DNA of 64,000 nucleotides from an uncultured Alphaproteobacteria bacterium (GTDB lineage Bacteria; Pseudomonadota; Alphaproteobacteria; CBDUYM01): NCBI GenBank assembly GCA_965371465.1, contig CBDUYM010000012.1, positions 15,821 to 79,820 of the forward strand, read 5' to 3'. Shown piece by piece: positions 48,459 to 59,292 of this stretch (position 1 is its first letter; each line of letters starts with the position of its first letter). The notes under the pieces were generated by a model. It saw only the letters and a program-made list of their open reading frames with translations, ran no database searches and was not told where the DNA came from. The position numbers and the translations under genes were made by a program.

Positions 48459-49040
48459 TCAGGTCGGCCTCCTCCTGACAAACGCTTCTCCCCTCGGTGA
48501 CAGTCTGTAACCGACTCCCATGCTTTCGGTGAGGCCGAGCTCCTTCAGTTTGCGGACGTTTCGTTTGAAGGCCTGGGTTTCGAGTTTCAACTTCGGCGCG
48601 AGGTCGCCGGCGCGACGTTCGGGGTTTTGGCGGATCAGGGTGAGGGTCATCCTGGTCCAGGAGCCATTGCGGCTGGCCTTGTCGAAGCGGGCCAGGCGTT
48701 TCGAGATTTCGGCTGAAGCCTCGGCGTCCAGAATTGCGTCATTGCGAAGAGCGATACGCGGGTCTTCGCCCCTTACGTGGAACCGGATGCAATAGATGTC
48801 GCCGTCGCCGTACTTGTCGAGCTCGACCAGAAGCGCCTCGGCGCTATCGTAGCCGGCGGCTTTTGCGTCTGCCGGTCTAATGCTGCCCGCGGATACGATG
48901 TCGACGGAATCGATGGCGAGTTCGCCGACTTGCGTCCGTTGGCGACCACCGGCCTTGGCGGCGGGGCGCTTCCAGCGGCGGTAGGCTGAGGTAATCGTAC
49001 CCTCGCCAATTCCTGCCATAAATCTCGCTTTGAAGAGCAT
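48459..49040 (-). CDS. Hypothetical protein
   Basis: Start refined to MLFKARF (49040); charged C-terminal region; no confident family assignment. Confidence 0.4.
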   Translation of the reverse strand: MLFKARFMAGIGEGTITSAYRRWKRPAAKAGGRQRTQVGELAIDSVDIVSAGSIRPADAKAAGYDSAEALLVELDKYGDGDIYCIRFHVRGEDPRIALRNDAILDAEASAEISKRLARFDKASRNGSWTRMTLTLIRQNPERRAGDLAPKLKLETQAFKRNVRKLKELGLTESMGVGYRLSPRGEAFVRRRPT

Positions 49041-49133
49041 GCCTGATTCTCCGTGCCTGGGGGCAAAGATGCTATATACTGGCTTAAACTGCCTCGACCA
49101 CACCAGATATTGCGTACTTTACGCCAGATTCAT

Positions 49134-51410
49134 ATGAACAAACCCACCGGTAAAACACCACGAAAAAAGGGCGGCAAAGCTACGCCTGAAGGCGGCGGTG
49201 ACGGGCACATCGAGGATACGCTCCTTGATGATGCGCTGAGCGAACGCTTTTTGAGTTATGCGCTCTCGACCATCGTATCGAGATCCCTGCCCGATGTACG
49301 GGACGGATTGAAGCCCGTACAGCGGCGTATTCTCTATGCCATGCATCAATTGGGGCTGGCGGCCAATTCCGGATACAAAAAATCAGCCCGGGTCGTTGGC
49401 GATGTGGTTGGCAAGTTCCATCCCCATGGCGAGCAGGCGGTTTATGATGCGCTGGTGCGTATGGCCCAGGACTTTTCCATGCGTCTGCCGCTGGTCGACG
49501 GGCAAGGCAACTTCGGAAACATCGACGGCGATAACGCAGCAGCCTTCCGCTACACCGAAACGCGACTGACGGCCGCGGCGGAAGCGCTTCTGGAAGGCAT
49601 TAATGAAGACGCCATCGATTTCCTCAGCACCTATGATGGCGAGGAGAAAGAGCCTGTTGTGATGCCGGCACGCTTGCCGAACCTGCTGGCTAATGGAACC
49701 TCTGGCATTGCAGTTGGCATGGCAACTTCCATTCCGCCGCACAATCTTGGTGAACTCATCGATGCACTTCTACATCTGATCAAGACGCCGAACGCAACTA
49801 TTGCCAAACTCGTGTCCTATGTGAAAGGGCCGGACTTTCCCACCGGCGGCGTGCTGGTGGAAGAGCCTGAGAGCATCCTAGAGGCCTACAAGATCGGGCG
49901 CGGCAGCTTTCGCCTGCGCGCCAAATGGGAAGTGGAACCGGGATCCCGTGGCGTCTACCGGATCATCGTCACAGAGATTCCGTTTCAGGTTCAGAAATCG
50001 AGGCTGATTGAGAAGATCGCTGAGATCATCAACGGCCGCAATCTGCCTATCCTTGCGGATGTCTATGATGAAAGCGATGAGAGCATCCGCCTTGTTCTTG
50101 AACCCCGCAATCGAAGCGTTGTTGCCGAGGTGCTGATGGAACAGCTGTTCAGGCAGACCGATCTTGAAACCCGGTTCAGTCTCAATCTGAATGTCCTGCA
50201 TCACGGCCAGGTTCCCCAGGTGATGAACCTGCGTGAAGCTCTGCAGGCATTCATTGACCATCGCGTCGAAGTGCTGGTGCGGGTGACCAAATATCGCCTT
50301 GAACGCGTTGAACATCGGCTTCTGGTCCTGGATGGCTATCTCGTTGCCTATCTCAACATAGATGAAGTGATCCGAATCATCCGCGAGGAAGATGACCCGA
50401 AAGCGGTCATGATGAAAAAGTTCAAGCTTTCCGATGTCCAGGTCGAAGCGATCCTTAACATGCGGCTTCGTTCGCTTCGCCGTCTCGAAGAGATTGAAAT
50501 CAAGAGCGAGCACACTGAGCTGGAAGCGGAGGCGAAAGAAATCCGCAGCCTTTTGGAATCGAAGAAAAAGCAAGACGAGACAATCGCTGCTGATCTGAAA
50601 GCTCTGAAAAAAGACTTTGGCGCAGACTGTGATCGCCGCACCGAAATCGCCGAAGCGCCGGATGTGGAAGATGTCTTCCTCGATGACATGATCGAGAAGG
50701 AACCGATCACTGTCATTATCTCCAAAATGGGCTGGATCAAGGCGGCCCGCGGGCATATCGCGCCGGATGCTGAAGTCAAGTACAAGGATGGTGATGGGCC
50801 GAGGTTCCGCTTTCATGCAAGCACCACGGACAAGCTTCTCATTTTCGCCACGAATGGCCGCTTCTACACGCTTGGCTGTGACAAGCTGCCGGGCGGACGC
50901 GGCAATGGCGAGCCCTTGAGGTTGATGTTCGATATGGGCAACGATCAGGAGATCGTTTCGGTTACAACCTATGCCGAAGGCGCGAAATACGTCATTGCGG
51001 CTTCAGACGGTCGCGGCTTTGTCGTGCCGGCCGATCAAATTCTCGCGTCCACCCGTGGCGGTAAGCAGGCCCTTAATGTGAAAGGCGACATCGAAGCCCA
51101 GGCCTGCGCGGAAATTGGTGAAGGCCATGACCATGTCGCCGTGGTCGGCGAAAATCACAAGCTCCTCATCTTCGCTCTCGATGAGCTGCCCGAAATGACC
51201 AGAGGCCGCGGCAACATTCTGCAAAAATACAAGGACGGCGGGCTCTCGGACCTCACTACCTTCAATCTCGCCTCCGGCCTGAGCTGGCCCCAGGGCACGC
51301 AGACCCGCACGGACACGGAAGTGGACGACTGGATCGGCAAACGAAGTGGGGCAGGCCGAATGGCGCCCAGAGGGTTCCCAAAGTCAAACAGGTTTACTAG
51401 GGAGGGGTAG
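49134..51410 (+). CDS. parC: DNA topoisomerase IV subunit A
   Basis: Type IIA topoisomerase A-subunit motifs ([14 protein letters not shown], active-site region AAFRYTE); 758 aa without a GyrA-box-containing CTD; start refined to MNKPTGK. Confidence 0.85.
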   Translation: MNKPTGKTPRKKGGKATPEGGGDGHIEDTLLDDALSERFLSYALSTIVSRSLPDVRDGLKPVQRRILYAMHQLGLAANSGYKKSARVVGDVVGKFHPHGEQAVYDALVRMAQDFSMRLPLVDGQGNFGNIDGDNAAAFRYTETRLTAAAEALLEGINEDAIDFLSTYDGEEKEPVVMPARLPNLLANGTSGIAVGMATSIPPHNLGELIDALLHLIKTPNATIAKLVSYVKGPDFPTGGVLVEEPESILEAYKIGRGSFRLRAKWEVEPGSRGVYRIIVTEIPFQVQKSRLIEKIAEIINGRNLPILADVYDESDESIRLVLEPRNRSVVAEVLMEQLFRQTDLETRFSLNLNVLHHGQVPQVMNLREALQAFIDHRVEVLVRVTKYRLERVEHRLLVLDGYLVAYLNIDEVIRIIREEDDPKAVMMKKFKLSDVQVEAILNMRLRSLRRLEEIEIKSEHTELEAEAKEIRSLLESKKKQDETIAADLKALKKDFGADCDRRTEIAEAPDVEDVFLDDMIEKEPITVIISKMGWIKAARGHIAPDAEVKYKDGDGPRFRFHASTTDKLLIFATNGRFYTLGCDKLPGGRGNGEPLRLMFDMGNDQEIVSVTTYAEGAKYVIAASDGRGFVVPADQILASTRGGKQALNVKGDIEAQACAEIGEGHDHVAVVGENHKLLIFALDELPEMTRGRGNILQKYKDGGLSDLTTFNLASGLSWPQGTQTRTDTEVDDWIGKRSGAGRMAPRGFPKSNRFTREG

Positions 51411-51449
51411 GAAATCTGTCAAAGTAAGGCAATGTGACTGAAGGGGCCG

Positions 51450-52232
51450 CTATTCCACTATCACAATCTCATCGCCTGCCTTGATCATTCCTTCGACCAG
51501 CACAGCACCGTAGACACCGGCATTGATCTCGTGTCTCAGGGACACCTGCTTGAGAATTTCTGGCGTTGCCTCGCCGGTATCGGGATCGAGCGTAATCATT
51601 TTGCAGCGGGGATCCTGGCCTGTAATGGTAACGGTTACTCTGTCACCGATTTGCACTGTTTCGCCGACCAGCTTGTCCTCGCCGAAGCCTTCGCCGTTTG
51701 CAAGATCAACATAGATGTTGGCGCGATAGCGGCGTTTTTCTGTCGGCGTATTGGATTCCGCCGCGATCTGGCTGGCGGTCTGGATCGAGAAAATGGAGAC
51801 TGGCCGACAATCCGTCATAGCGCGGTCTGAGCGAAGAAGTGTGAGATCGGCAGCTTTGGCGAGGCCGGATTTGAGCACATCCAGCAGCGCTGGATCTTCG
51901 ATGGCGAAGACCTCACCGGCCGGCGTCTTCACATCGAGCGCGGCGGTTGAAGGCAACGGAGTCAGGCCCACGCTCAAGGCACCTGCTTCGGGAAAATTGG
52001 CAGGCTGAGCTGCGGCAGCGGCAATCCGGAACCGGGGCTGATAGCGGAGCATGTCGCTCAGCTCCCGCGCTGTCAGATAGGGAAAGGGTTTCGGCTGCGC
52101 AGCACTTTGAATGGCATAGAGCCGGTCGCCGAAGACGCCACCGAAAGTGACCAACGCTTCGCTCAGCTCTTCGCCCCGCATGCTTTTCACAGGGTAGCGC
52201 CAGAGGCTTTCGACAGTTCCAATGACGCTCAT
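51450..52232 (-). CDS. MOSC domain-containing protein
   Basis: N-terminal beta-barrel pattern VESLWRYPVKSMRGEEL and C-terminal MOSC region; start refined to MSVIGT. Confidence 0.8.
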   Translation of the reverse strand: MSVIGTVESLWRYPVKSMRGEELSEALVTFGGVFGDRLYAIQSAAQPKPFPYLTARELSDMLRYQPRFRIAAAAAQPANFPEAGALSVGLTPLPSTAALDVKTPAGEVFAIEDPALLDVLKSGLAKAADLTLLRSDRAMTDCRPVSIFSIQTASQIAAESNTPTEKRRYRANIYVDLANGEGFGEDKLVGETVQIGDRVTVTITGQDPRCKMITLDPDTGEATPEILKQVSLRHEINAGVYGAVLVEGMIKAGDEIVIVE

Positions 52233-52990
52233 CGCATGCTTCCCACCTGGCCGCCGTCGATGGCCATGATCTGGCCGGTGATCGAAGTGGAGGCACAATA
52301 GGTGACAGTATGGCGCGCGATATCAACCGTATCACCGACGCGCCCGCGCAAGGCGTTGCGGCGTGCACCCGCTGCCATTCGTTCGGGCACATTCGCTGCC
52401 ATGCGCGTGCCCTCAACCAGGCCGGGGCAGATGCAATTGACGGCGACTTCGGGTGCCATGGCCACGGCGAGACAGCGTGTGAGGTGGTTCAGAGCCGCCT
52501 TGCTTGACGAATAGGCAATGCTTGAGCTGCCGGGTGAAATGCCGCCGGTGGATGAGATATTGACGATATGTCCACCCTGACCATCCTTCAGCATGTCAGC
52601 GAAAGCACGGGCGAGGAGAAAAGGGCCGCGCAGGTTGGTTTCAAGGACGCGGTCCCAGATGTCGGCCGAGAGCTCATCAAGTTCAGGGAAGGGAATGCCG
52701 ATGTTCCAGGCGGCATTGTTGACAAGAATATCAAGTTTGCCAAACTCGTCACGGATGGCGTCCCGGCATGCATCAATGGAAGCCGGTTCGCGCTGATCAA
52801 GATGGATGGCGAAGCCGCGCACGCCTGAAGCTTCGATATCGGCGACAGCTTTGTCTGCGAGGTCTTTCTGGCTCACATAGGATAAGGCAACGTCAGCCCC
52901 CTCGCGTGCAAGTTCGCGGACAATCGCGCCACCAATGTCGCCTGATCCGCCCGTGACAAGCGCAACTTTCCCTTCGAGCTGCATGTACAT
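52229..52990 (-). CDS. SDR family oxidoreductase
   Basis: GKVALVTGGSGDIGGAI and YSSSKAAL motifs; 4-nt overlap with the MOSC gene. Confidence 0.85.
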   Translation of the reverse strand: MYMQLEGKVALVTGGSGDIGGAIVRELAREGADVALSYVSQKDLADKAVADIEASGVRGFAIHLDQREPASIDACRDAIRDEFGKLDILVNNAAWNIGIPFPELDELSADIWDRVLETNLRGPFLLARAFADMLKDGQGGHIVNISSTGGISPGSSSIAYSSSKAALNHLTRCLAVAMAPEVAVNCICPGLVEGTRMAANVPERMAAGARRNALRGRVGDTVDIARHTVTYCASTSITGQIMAIDGGQVGSMR

Positions 52991-53017
52991 CTCCCTCTCT
53001 CTCTGTAATGGTAACTG

Positions 53018-55702
53018 TTACTCCTGCACCAATCGGACGACGCCCGCCGTGCCGTCGACCTCTACGATCTGGCCGTCGTGAAGCCTGTTCATGAGATCCG
53101 GGACACCGGCCACGCAGGGCTTACCATATTCGCGAGCAACGACGGCGCCATGCTGGAGGATTCCACCAACTTCCAGCAAAATCCCGGCCGCATTGGTGAA
53201 CAGAGGGGTCCAGCCTGGGTCGGTGGTGTAGGCGACCAGAATATCGCCTTCGTTCACCGGTTTTTCGTCTGGGGTCTGGAGCAATTTCACCGGGCCGGTG
53301 ACAACGCCCGTCGAGACCGGCGTGCCACTGAGCTCTCCCGGTTTTTCGTCGCGTCGGGGCGGCCTCAGGATGCGGCCACGGGAATCAATAGCGGCCGGGA
53401 ACTGCCGGACATGATTGTCGAGGTGGCGGTTAAACGCCATCCGTTCGGCGGTTAGTGCCCGTAAGTCGAGGGTTGCATCGTTGTTGGCATTCTCGATGTC
53501 CGCAAACGTCATGCAGAATATCTGATCGGTGCGATCCAGGCGGCCGGCAGCGACGAACTTTTCGCCTTCCAGGATACAGCGCTTGGCGATCAGTGCGATC
53601 ACCATGACAAGATGATATTTCGGTGTGTCACGTGTGCCAGCCAGCAGGTCCATTACCCTGTTGATGCGGCGCAGACGGCGTCGTCGTCGCCATCCGGCCT
53701 TCTGCTGGAGCTCTTCGAAGGCGCGGGCGCGTTCCGATATATTGTGTTGGTGTGCGGCGACCGGATCAAAGGACGCGTTGCCGGTTGAGCGCATAGAACG
53801 CATCTGGTTGAGGGCAAGGCGTGGATCGCCACCATAGCGCGGGCTTGCCACATCCATTTCCATCGGGCCACGCATGCCGAATTTGTAGGTGAAAGCATCC
53901 CATGCCGTCAGGAAGCTTGCCGGCATGTCGCGATGTTCGATCTTGGCGGCAAGGGCGTCGATGTCCTCAAATTCCTCAGGTGGCAGTGCATTGGCGAGCT
54001 GGTGCAGAGCCATGCCCATTTCAACAACGACGTTGCCTTCAAAGCCCATTTTCAGCTTTTCTGAAAGTGCTATGTCCTCATCGGATGCTTTTTTGTACAT
54101 GCGATCAATGGGCAGCATCGCTCCATACATGAATGCGACCAGGGGCGGCATGGTGACTTCCATCAGGGCAGGTGTCGCGCGCTCAAGCCAGCCATCCAGA
54201 AATTCGTTGACCGGCAACGCCATGTCGAAATCATTTCTGATGGACGTTTCAAATTCTTCGACACCCCGCTTATAGCGTTCGTATGCCCTTTCGGGGTTCA
54301 TGGACGCTTTGATGCTGAGCCAGATGAAAGTGCGCATGTTCCAGAGTACTTTCGGCAGCCAGCGGAACATCCAGAATTTGAAATAGGATGGCTTTTCAGC
54401 GGATCGCCATGCCTTGCGATCAAGAGATGCCAACGCATGGCTCATTCCTTCGTTGACGATCTCCATGCTTTTCGCCATCGATTTCGGGCTTGCAATCCAG
54501 AAAACCTGCGACATATCCATATACAACCTGGCGCCGCTTCGAATGATGATACCGGCACTATCTTCTTCACGGGCATCTTCATGGTCGTCTTCATCGCCGA
54601 ACTCAATGCCCAGAAAGTATTCGAAAATAAAATCTTCAAACTTGCCCATGACATCGAGACCGAGGGGGGAAATCGGTGCGTTCATTGTCATGCCATCAGA
54701 AAGCGCACCGTCCATGTATATGGTGCGCCTCTCCCCTGGTGCGGTCAGCATGTCGTCAGGCAGCGGCACCCAGGTCGTGATTGGTCGTGCCTGTAACACA
54801 TAGAGTTCATTGTCGGCGAAAGCCCATTCGATGTCCACCGGATTGCCGTAGAGCGTTTCGATTTCGATGACCTTGTCTGTGATCGAAAGGGCTTCTGCGT
54901 CGGTCAGGCAAAAGCCGGCGATGTCGGCGACATACTCTTCAACGGTGCCACCCTCACCAGACAAACGAATCGTCAGGTCTTTCGAACCCAGCGTGCTCTC
55001 AATAACTTTGCGCGCCGGCTTATCGACAACGAAATGATCCGGTGTCACCAGGCCTGCGACGACGCTTTCGCCCTGGCCGCGATTGGCGTCAATGACAGCT
55101 TCGTCGTAGTCGTTGGTCAGCGGATTGAGGGAAAAGGCGACACCTGCCGTATCACTGTCGATCTGTTTTTGGATGACGACGGCAATGCGTGGCGAAAAGA
55201 GCTCAAATCCCTGCGCATCTTTGTAGGCGAACACGCGGGCATCAAGACTGGAGGCGAAACAGGTCCGGATGGCCTCTTCCATACCAGAAGGCTGCACGCC
55301 AAGGCAGGTTTCGTAGCCACCGGCGAATGAGGCCGCCGCCATATCCTCTTCAGGTGACGATGATCGAACTGCGAAACCAGTTGTGCTGTCGGGAAGCCCG
55401 GCAATGGCTTCCTTGAGGGCGCCATGCTGATCTGAATTGAATGTGAGCCCATGCGCGTGGGCCTTCAATATTTCACAGATCGAAGCGCGTTCTTCCTTCT
55501 GGGCGTTCAGGATCGTCGCCCAGTGTGGCGTTGCCTTTATCTCGTCAAACCAGGGATCGAAAAATTCTGTCGTCAGAACAGCACCGCCAGGCACAGGAAG
55601 GCCGTGAGCGGCCATGCGCAGCAGCGAAGCGGCCTTGCCGCCAACTTCGCTGATTGAAGGCATTTCATTTTTGCCATCCGGGAACAGCAGAAATAGCGCC
55701 AT
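53018..55702 (-). CDS. PEP-utilising enzyme family protein (PEP synthase-like; rifampin phosphotransferase-like architecture)
   Basis: 894 aa: N-terminal PEP/pyruvate-binding ATP-grasp-like domain (ISEVGGKAASLLRM...), long central region, C-terminal mobile His domain (GGILQHGAVVAREYGKPCVAGV). Confidence 0.75.
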   Translation of the reverse strand: MALFLLFPDGKNEMPSISEVGGKAASLLRMAAHGLPVPGGAVLTTEFFDPWFDEIKATPHWATILNAQKEERASICEILKAHAHGLTFNSDQHGALKEAIAGLPDSTTGFAVRSSSPEEDMAAASFAGGYETCLGVQPSGMEEAIRTCFASSLDARVFAYKDAQGFELFSPRIAVVIQKQIDSDTAGVAFSLNPLTNDYDEAVIDANRGQGESVVAGLVTPDHFVVDKPARKVIESTLGSKDLTIRLSGEGGTVEEYVADIAGFCLTDAEALSITDKVIEIETLYGNPVDIEWAFADNELYVLQARPITTWVPLPDDMLTAPGERRTIYMDGALSDGMTMNAPISPLGLDVMGKFEDFIFEYFLGIEFGDEDDHEDAREEDSAGIIIRSGARLYMDMSQVFWIASPKSMAKSMEIVNEGMSHALASLDRKAWRSAEKPSYFKFWMFRWLPKVLWNMRTFIWLSIKASMNPERAYERYKRGVEEFETSIRNDFDMALPVNEFLDGWLERATPALMEVTMPPLVAFMYGAMLPIDRMYKKASDEDIALSEKLKMGFEGNVVVEMGMALHQLANALPPEEFEDIDALAAKIEHRDMPASFLTAWDAFTYKFGMRGPMEMDVASPRYGGDPRLALNQMRSMRSTGNASFDPVAAHQHNISERARAFEELQQKAGWRRRRRLRRINRVMDLLAGTRDTPKYHLVMVIALIAKRCILEGEKFVAAGRLDRTDQIFCMTFADIENANNDATLDLRALTAERMAFNRHLDNHVRQFPAAIDSRGRILRPPRRDEKPGELSGTPVSTGVVTGPVKLLQTPDEKPVNEGDILVAYTTDPGWTPLFTNAAGILLEVGGILQHGAVVAREYGKPCVAGVPDLMNRLHDGQIVEVDGTAGVVRLVQE

Positions 55703-55804
55703 AGAATCTGTCCCTCCAGACTAAAGCTCAATACGTGCAAGGCCGATTGGCGATTATAAGGGTCAGCCAACGAATGTCACTGTCGAGAAGCCCGCCATCA
55801 TGGG

Positions 55805-56227
55805 CTATTCCTCTGGCCCGACGCGTCCGCGTCTTTCCTTCAGCCGGGAGCGATGTTTTTTCAAATCAGTCCGGCGCTGCAATACGGCACGCGAAGGACG
55901 CGTCCTGTGCCTCCGCTTGGGCTGAACAGCTGCTTCGCGGATCAGGGCCAGAAGTCGATCCCGGGCGTCTTTGCGGTTGCGTTCCTGACTTCTGTAGCGG
56001 CGTGCCGTCAGGCTGATAACGCCCTCTCTCGTCATGCGGCGGCCCGCCACTTTGCGTAGCCGTTCAACGATAAGCGGTGTCAGTGCAGGAGAATTCGCAG
56101 CGTCAAAGCGAAGTTGCACGGCCGTTGCAACTTTATTCACATTCTGCCCGCCAGGGCCCTGGGCCAGGACGAACTTTTCGTCGAGTTCGTCTTCCGAGAT
56201 GGAAATGCTGTCGGTGACAAAAATCAT
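55805..56227 (-). CDS. arfB: Alternative ribosome-rescue factor ArfB (peptidyl-tRNA hydrolase)
   Basis: GGQ motif (AQGPGGQNVNKV) and basic C-terminal tail; 140 aa. Confidence 0.9.
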   Translation of the reverse strand: MIFVTDSISISEDELDEKFVLAQGPGGQNVNKVATAVQLRFDAANSPALTPLIVERLRKVAGRRMTREGVISLTARRYRSQERNRKDARDRLLALIREAAVQPKRRHRTRPSRAVLQRRTDLKKHRSRLKERRGRVGPEE

Positions 56228-56393
56228 GGTTCAGCATAGCTTCACAGATGGGCCGAGTCTTTTGTAATGGACTGCTGTCGCGCAAGCCGACAGCCAAGCG
56301 AAACTGCCGTTCGCTTGCCGTTCATTTACATTGCCTGATCATCTGCGCAGACTTCAGGGACTTCCAGATCCATACGTCGCGGGGAGAGATGCC

Positions 56394-57833
56394 ATGAACT
56401 TCCGTATGTTAAGCGCTGGAATTTCAACATTGCTGTTTGCCGTCTTGATGCCGGAACAGGCGTTCGCCGCCGGAAACGTGAATGTCACGACCCATGTCGA
56501 AAATCATGCCATGGAAGGTTGGACGATTTCATGCCCGGCGGGGGACGGGTATCCGGCGATCATGATCGACGTTGACAAGCTTTTCGACAGCATGACCGTC
56601 GCAGAAATGGAGCACTTCGCCGAAGTTGTCAGCCAGTTTGAATCTGAAAACGGGGTCAGCATATCGTCCGCGACGACGACAGACGACGACGGGAACGTTA
56701 CAAGTGACGTCATTCATTCTTCATCCAATGGACCGGACACCGGGCCTGGTGCCGAACTATGTGACATCGTGCGGCGCCATGCTGGAAGCAGCACGAGCAG
56801 CTCAACCGATAGCTCAGGCAGCGCCGCCACTTCAGGATCGTCGGGTACAGGAAGTGGCAGCACTGCGACAGCACCAGGACGTTCGGCCGGTGGCGCGACC
56901 CGTGGTGGCTCCACGCGCACGCGCCCAGGCCGCGAGCCTGGCCAGGCGGCTAGCTCCTCAAGTTCGTCACCACAAAGCTCAGCCTCGCAAAGTTCGGCGG
57001 GCGGTTCAGTCACCGTGACAACGCATGTCGAGAATCATGCCACGGAAGGCTGGACAATCTCATGTCCGGCAGGGGACGGGCATCCAGCGATCATGATCGA
57101 CGTTGACAGGCTTTTCGACAGTATGACAGTGGCCGAAATGGAGCATTTCGCTGATGTCGTCAGTCAGTTTGAGAGCGAAAATGGTGTCAGCATATCTTCG
57201 CGCACGGAGACAGATGACGATGGCAACGTCACCAGTGACGTGATTCATTCCTCGTCTACCGGGCCTGCCAGCGGTGCGGGTGCAGAGCTATGTGATATCG
57301 TGCGACGCCACGCAGGCGGTGCCACGAGCCGCTCAGGCGCATCCAGCGGAGCATCGGCAGACAGTTCCAGCGGGTCAGGCGAGGCAACGGCTTCCGACCC
57401 CGGTCAGGGCATCACCCGCGCTGGCAACCGGAGCCGTTCGCAGCGTGAGCCCAATGAAGGCCAAAGCGTCAGTGGCGGTGGGACACACGACGATACATGG
57501 AAGGGAGAACGCATCGCAGAGGGATCCGGCACCGCTGATGTGACCATTACTTCGTTGAGCGAAGGCGCTGTCTATGTTGGTGGCAACATCAATTGCCCCG
57601 AGATCGGCCGCAATCCCGCATTTGTAGCTGATCTCGAGAATGTTCTGGGTCAGATGAACGAACGCCAGGGGACAAGGCTTATGGATCTGATCAGGAATTT
57701 CGAAGAGCGCAATGGGGTCCAGACCGCGTCAGCGACCGCTGGCGGTGGCGATCAGGTGCGGACAGAGTCCTCTGGTTCAATCACTGGGGCTGGCAGGCAG
57801 ATCTGTAACCTTATCCGTTCTTACGCGTCGTAA
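56394..57833 (+). CDS. Secreted hypothetical protein composed of tandemly duplicated Cys-containing domains with Ser/Gly/Thr-rich linkers
   Basis: Signal peptide MNFRMLSAGISTLLFAVLMPEQAFAAG; two near-identical 104-aa units plus a divergent third unit, each with a conserved Cys pair. Confidence 0.6.
   Translation: MNFRMLSAGISTLLFAVLMPEQAFAAGNVNVTTHVENHAMEGWTISCPAGDGYPAIMIDVDKLFDSMTVAEMEHFAEVVSQFESENGVSISSATTTDDDGNVTSDVIHSSSNGPDTGPGAELCDIVRRHAGSSTSSSTDSSGSAATSGSSGTGSGSTATAPGRSAGGATRGGSTRTRPGREPGQAASSSSSSPQSSASQSSAGGSVTVTTHVENHATEGWTISCPAGDGHPAIMIDVDRLFDSMTVAEMEHFADVVSQFESENGVSISSRTETDDDGNVTSDVIHSSSTGPASGAGAELCDIVRRHAGGATSRSGASSGASADSSSGSGEATASDPGQGITRAGNRSRSQREPNEGQSVSGGGTHDDTWKGERIAEGSGTADVTITSLSEGAVYVGGNINCPEIGRNPAFVADLENVLGQMNERQGTRLMDLIRNFEERNGVQTASATAGGGDQVRTESSGSITGAGRQICNLIRSYAS
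56475..56786 (+). repeat. Intragenic tandem duplication unit 1 (104 codons)
   Basis: Unit TTHVENHAMEGWTISCPAGDGYPAIMIDVD...ELCDIVRRHAG; about 85% nucleotide identity to unit 2 (by-eye alignment). Confidence 0.7.
57006..57317 (+). repeat. Intragenic tandem duplication unit 2 (104 codons)
   Basis: Unit TTHVENHATEGWTISCPAGDGHPAIMIDVD...ELCDIVRRHAG. Confidence 0.7.
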
Positions 57834-59223
57834 GGTCTTTCAGGGTGAGGTTGTCGAGGGCGGCTCGCGAAGCGTCGTCCATTCTGGCCATGACCTGATC
57901 AACACTGCTCGTTGGCGGCAGCATGCTGTAGGCGGTGAGGGGAGCCTCTTCACTTTGCCGGATCGCTTTGATGGCTGTGCCCAGCGCAATATTCTCCATC
58001 GGCATGGCCGGCAGAAAAGCGTTCTGATCCTTGCCGGTTCTGGCCAGAAGGCCAGCCTCTTCAAGTGTCTTCAGCACGGAAGCCACAGGTCCCAATGGCA
58101 TGTTGAGCTCTTCAGCCAGACTGCTGGCGGTATGGGGTTGGTCATTGCCGACAAAGCCAACGCCAATCCGTTCAAGCAAAAAGAGAGCGAGCTTTTCCTT
58201 CATTCGGTTGGACAGAGTGACCTCGGCGCTGTTACGCGCAAGGAACTCAGGATGATTGTCATAAAAGGCGATCGAGGCGCCCAGGAGCAGGATCAGCCAG
58301 CTCAGGTAGAGCCAGATCAAAAACAGGACGAGAGTCGCGAAGCTCGAGTAGATCGCAGCGTAGTTGCCGCTTGAGACCACAAAGGATGCAAATCCCCAGC
58401 CCGCAATATTCCAGAGCAGACCCGCCACCAACCCGCCAATAACAGCCGAACGCAATCTGACTTTTGCGTTCGGCATGAAGGCGTAGATGAAGGCGAATGC
58501 CGATGCCACCATCAAGTAGGCAAGAACGCGCCCGCCCACGCCGGCAAGATTTCCAAACCACAATGTTTCAGTCATGGCTTCGACAAGCGGCACTGCCGCA
58601 ATCGATGCGGTAATGCCGAGGGACGCGAAGACCAGCACCGGTCCGATAACGAGAACGCTGAGATAGTCCCGGAAACGTTCAGACAATGTCCGTGAAGTTT
58701 CGACATGCCAAATGAAGTTGATTGATGTTTCAATTTTCTGCATGAGCGAAATAACAGTGTAGAAAAGGAAGCCCAGACCGACAAAACCGAGGACACCGAC
58801 ATCAAGATTGTCGACGAATGTTATGACCTGAGCGCTGATAACCTCAGCCCGTTCGCCAAGCGGCTCGAGCATGCCCAGGAGTAAGGGCTCGATCTGATTG
58901 TGGACGCCGAAGCCTTTCAGCACTGAAAAGCTGACGGCAATGACCGGCACGATGGAAAGCAACGTTGTGTATACGAGCCCCATGGCGCGCAGCGTTATCT
59001 GGCCACCTCTGAGATCGCGAAAGATCACATAAAGGAGGCGTACCACCCACATGAAGCGCCGCCGCCAAATGGGAAAGCTCTGAATATCGCGATCCCAAAG
59101 GGCGGCGTTGTAGGCAGCAATCAGACTGGCGGGTGTAAAATTTCCGGGCTCGGCCATCTGTTCCCTTTCCATACGTCTCCAGAAGTCTACTCTGTTCCTG
59201 TCGACGTTGTCGAAGGGGCTCAT
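57811..59223 (-). CDS. YihY/BrkB-family inner membrane protein
   Basis: Pattern RAMGLVYTTLLSIVPVIAVSF and multiple TM helices; start refined to MSPFDNVD (59223); ORF track start 59400 would run into the divergent ABC gene. Confidence 0.75.
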   Translation of the reverse strand: MSPFDNVDRNRVDFWRRMEREQMAEPGNFTPASLIAAYNAALWDRDIQSFPIWRRRFMWVVRLLYVIFRDLRGGQITLRAMGLVYTTLLSIVPVIAVSFSVLKGFGVHNQIEPLLLGMLEPLGERAEVISAQVITFVDNLDVGVLGFVGLGFLFYTVISLMQKIETSINFIWHVETSRTLSERFRDYLSVLVIGPVLVFASLGITASIAAVPLVEAMTETLWFGNLAGVGGRVLAYLMVASAFAFIYAFMPNAKVRLRSAVIGGLVAGLLWNIAGWGFASFVVSSGNYAAIYSSFATLVLFLIWLYLSWLILLLGASIAFYDNHPEFLARNSAEVTLSNRMKEKLALFLLERIGVGFVGNDQPHTASSLAEELNMPLGPVASVLKTLEEAGLLARTGKDQNAFLPAMPMENIALGTAIKAIRQSEEAPLTAYSMLPPTSSVDQVMARMDDASRAALDNLTLKDLTTRKNG

Positions 59224-59292
59224 ACGGTTTCTTGCATTGGTGCTGGCGATCAGGGAGCATGCCAGCAGATGTAACCATACCGAGAGGCTTTT

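Noticed and set aside
49878-50816. 312-aa ORF on the minus strand
   Set aside because: Antisense within parC.
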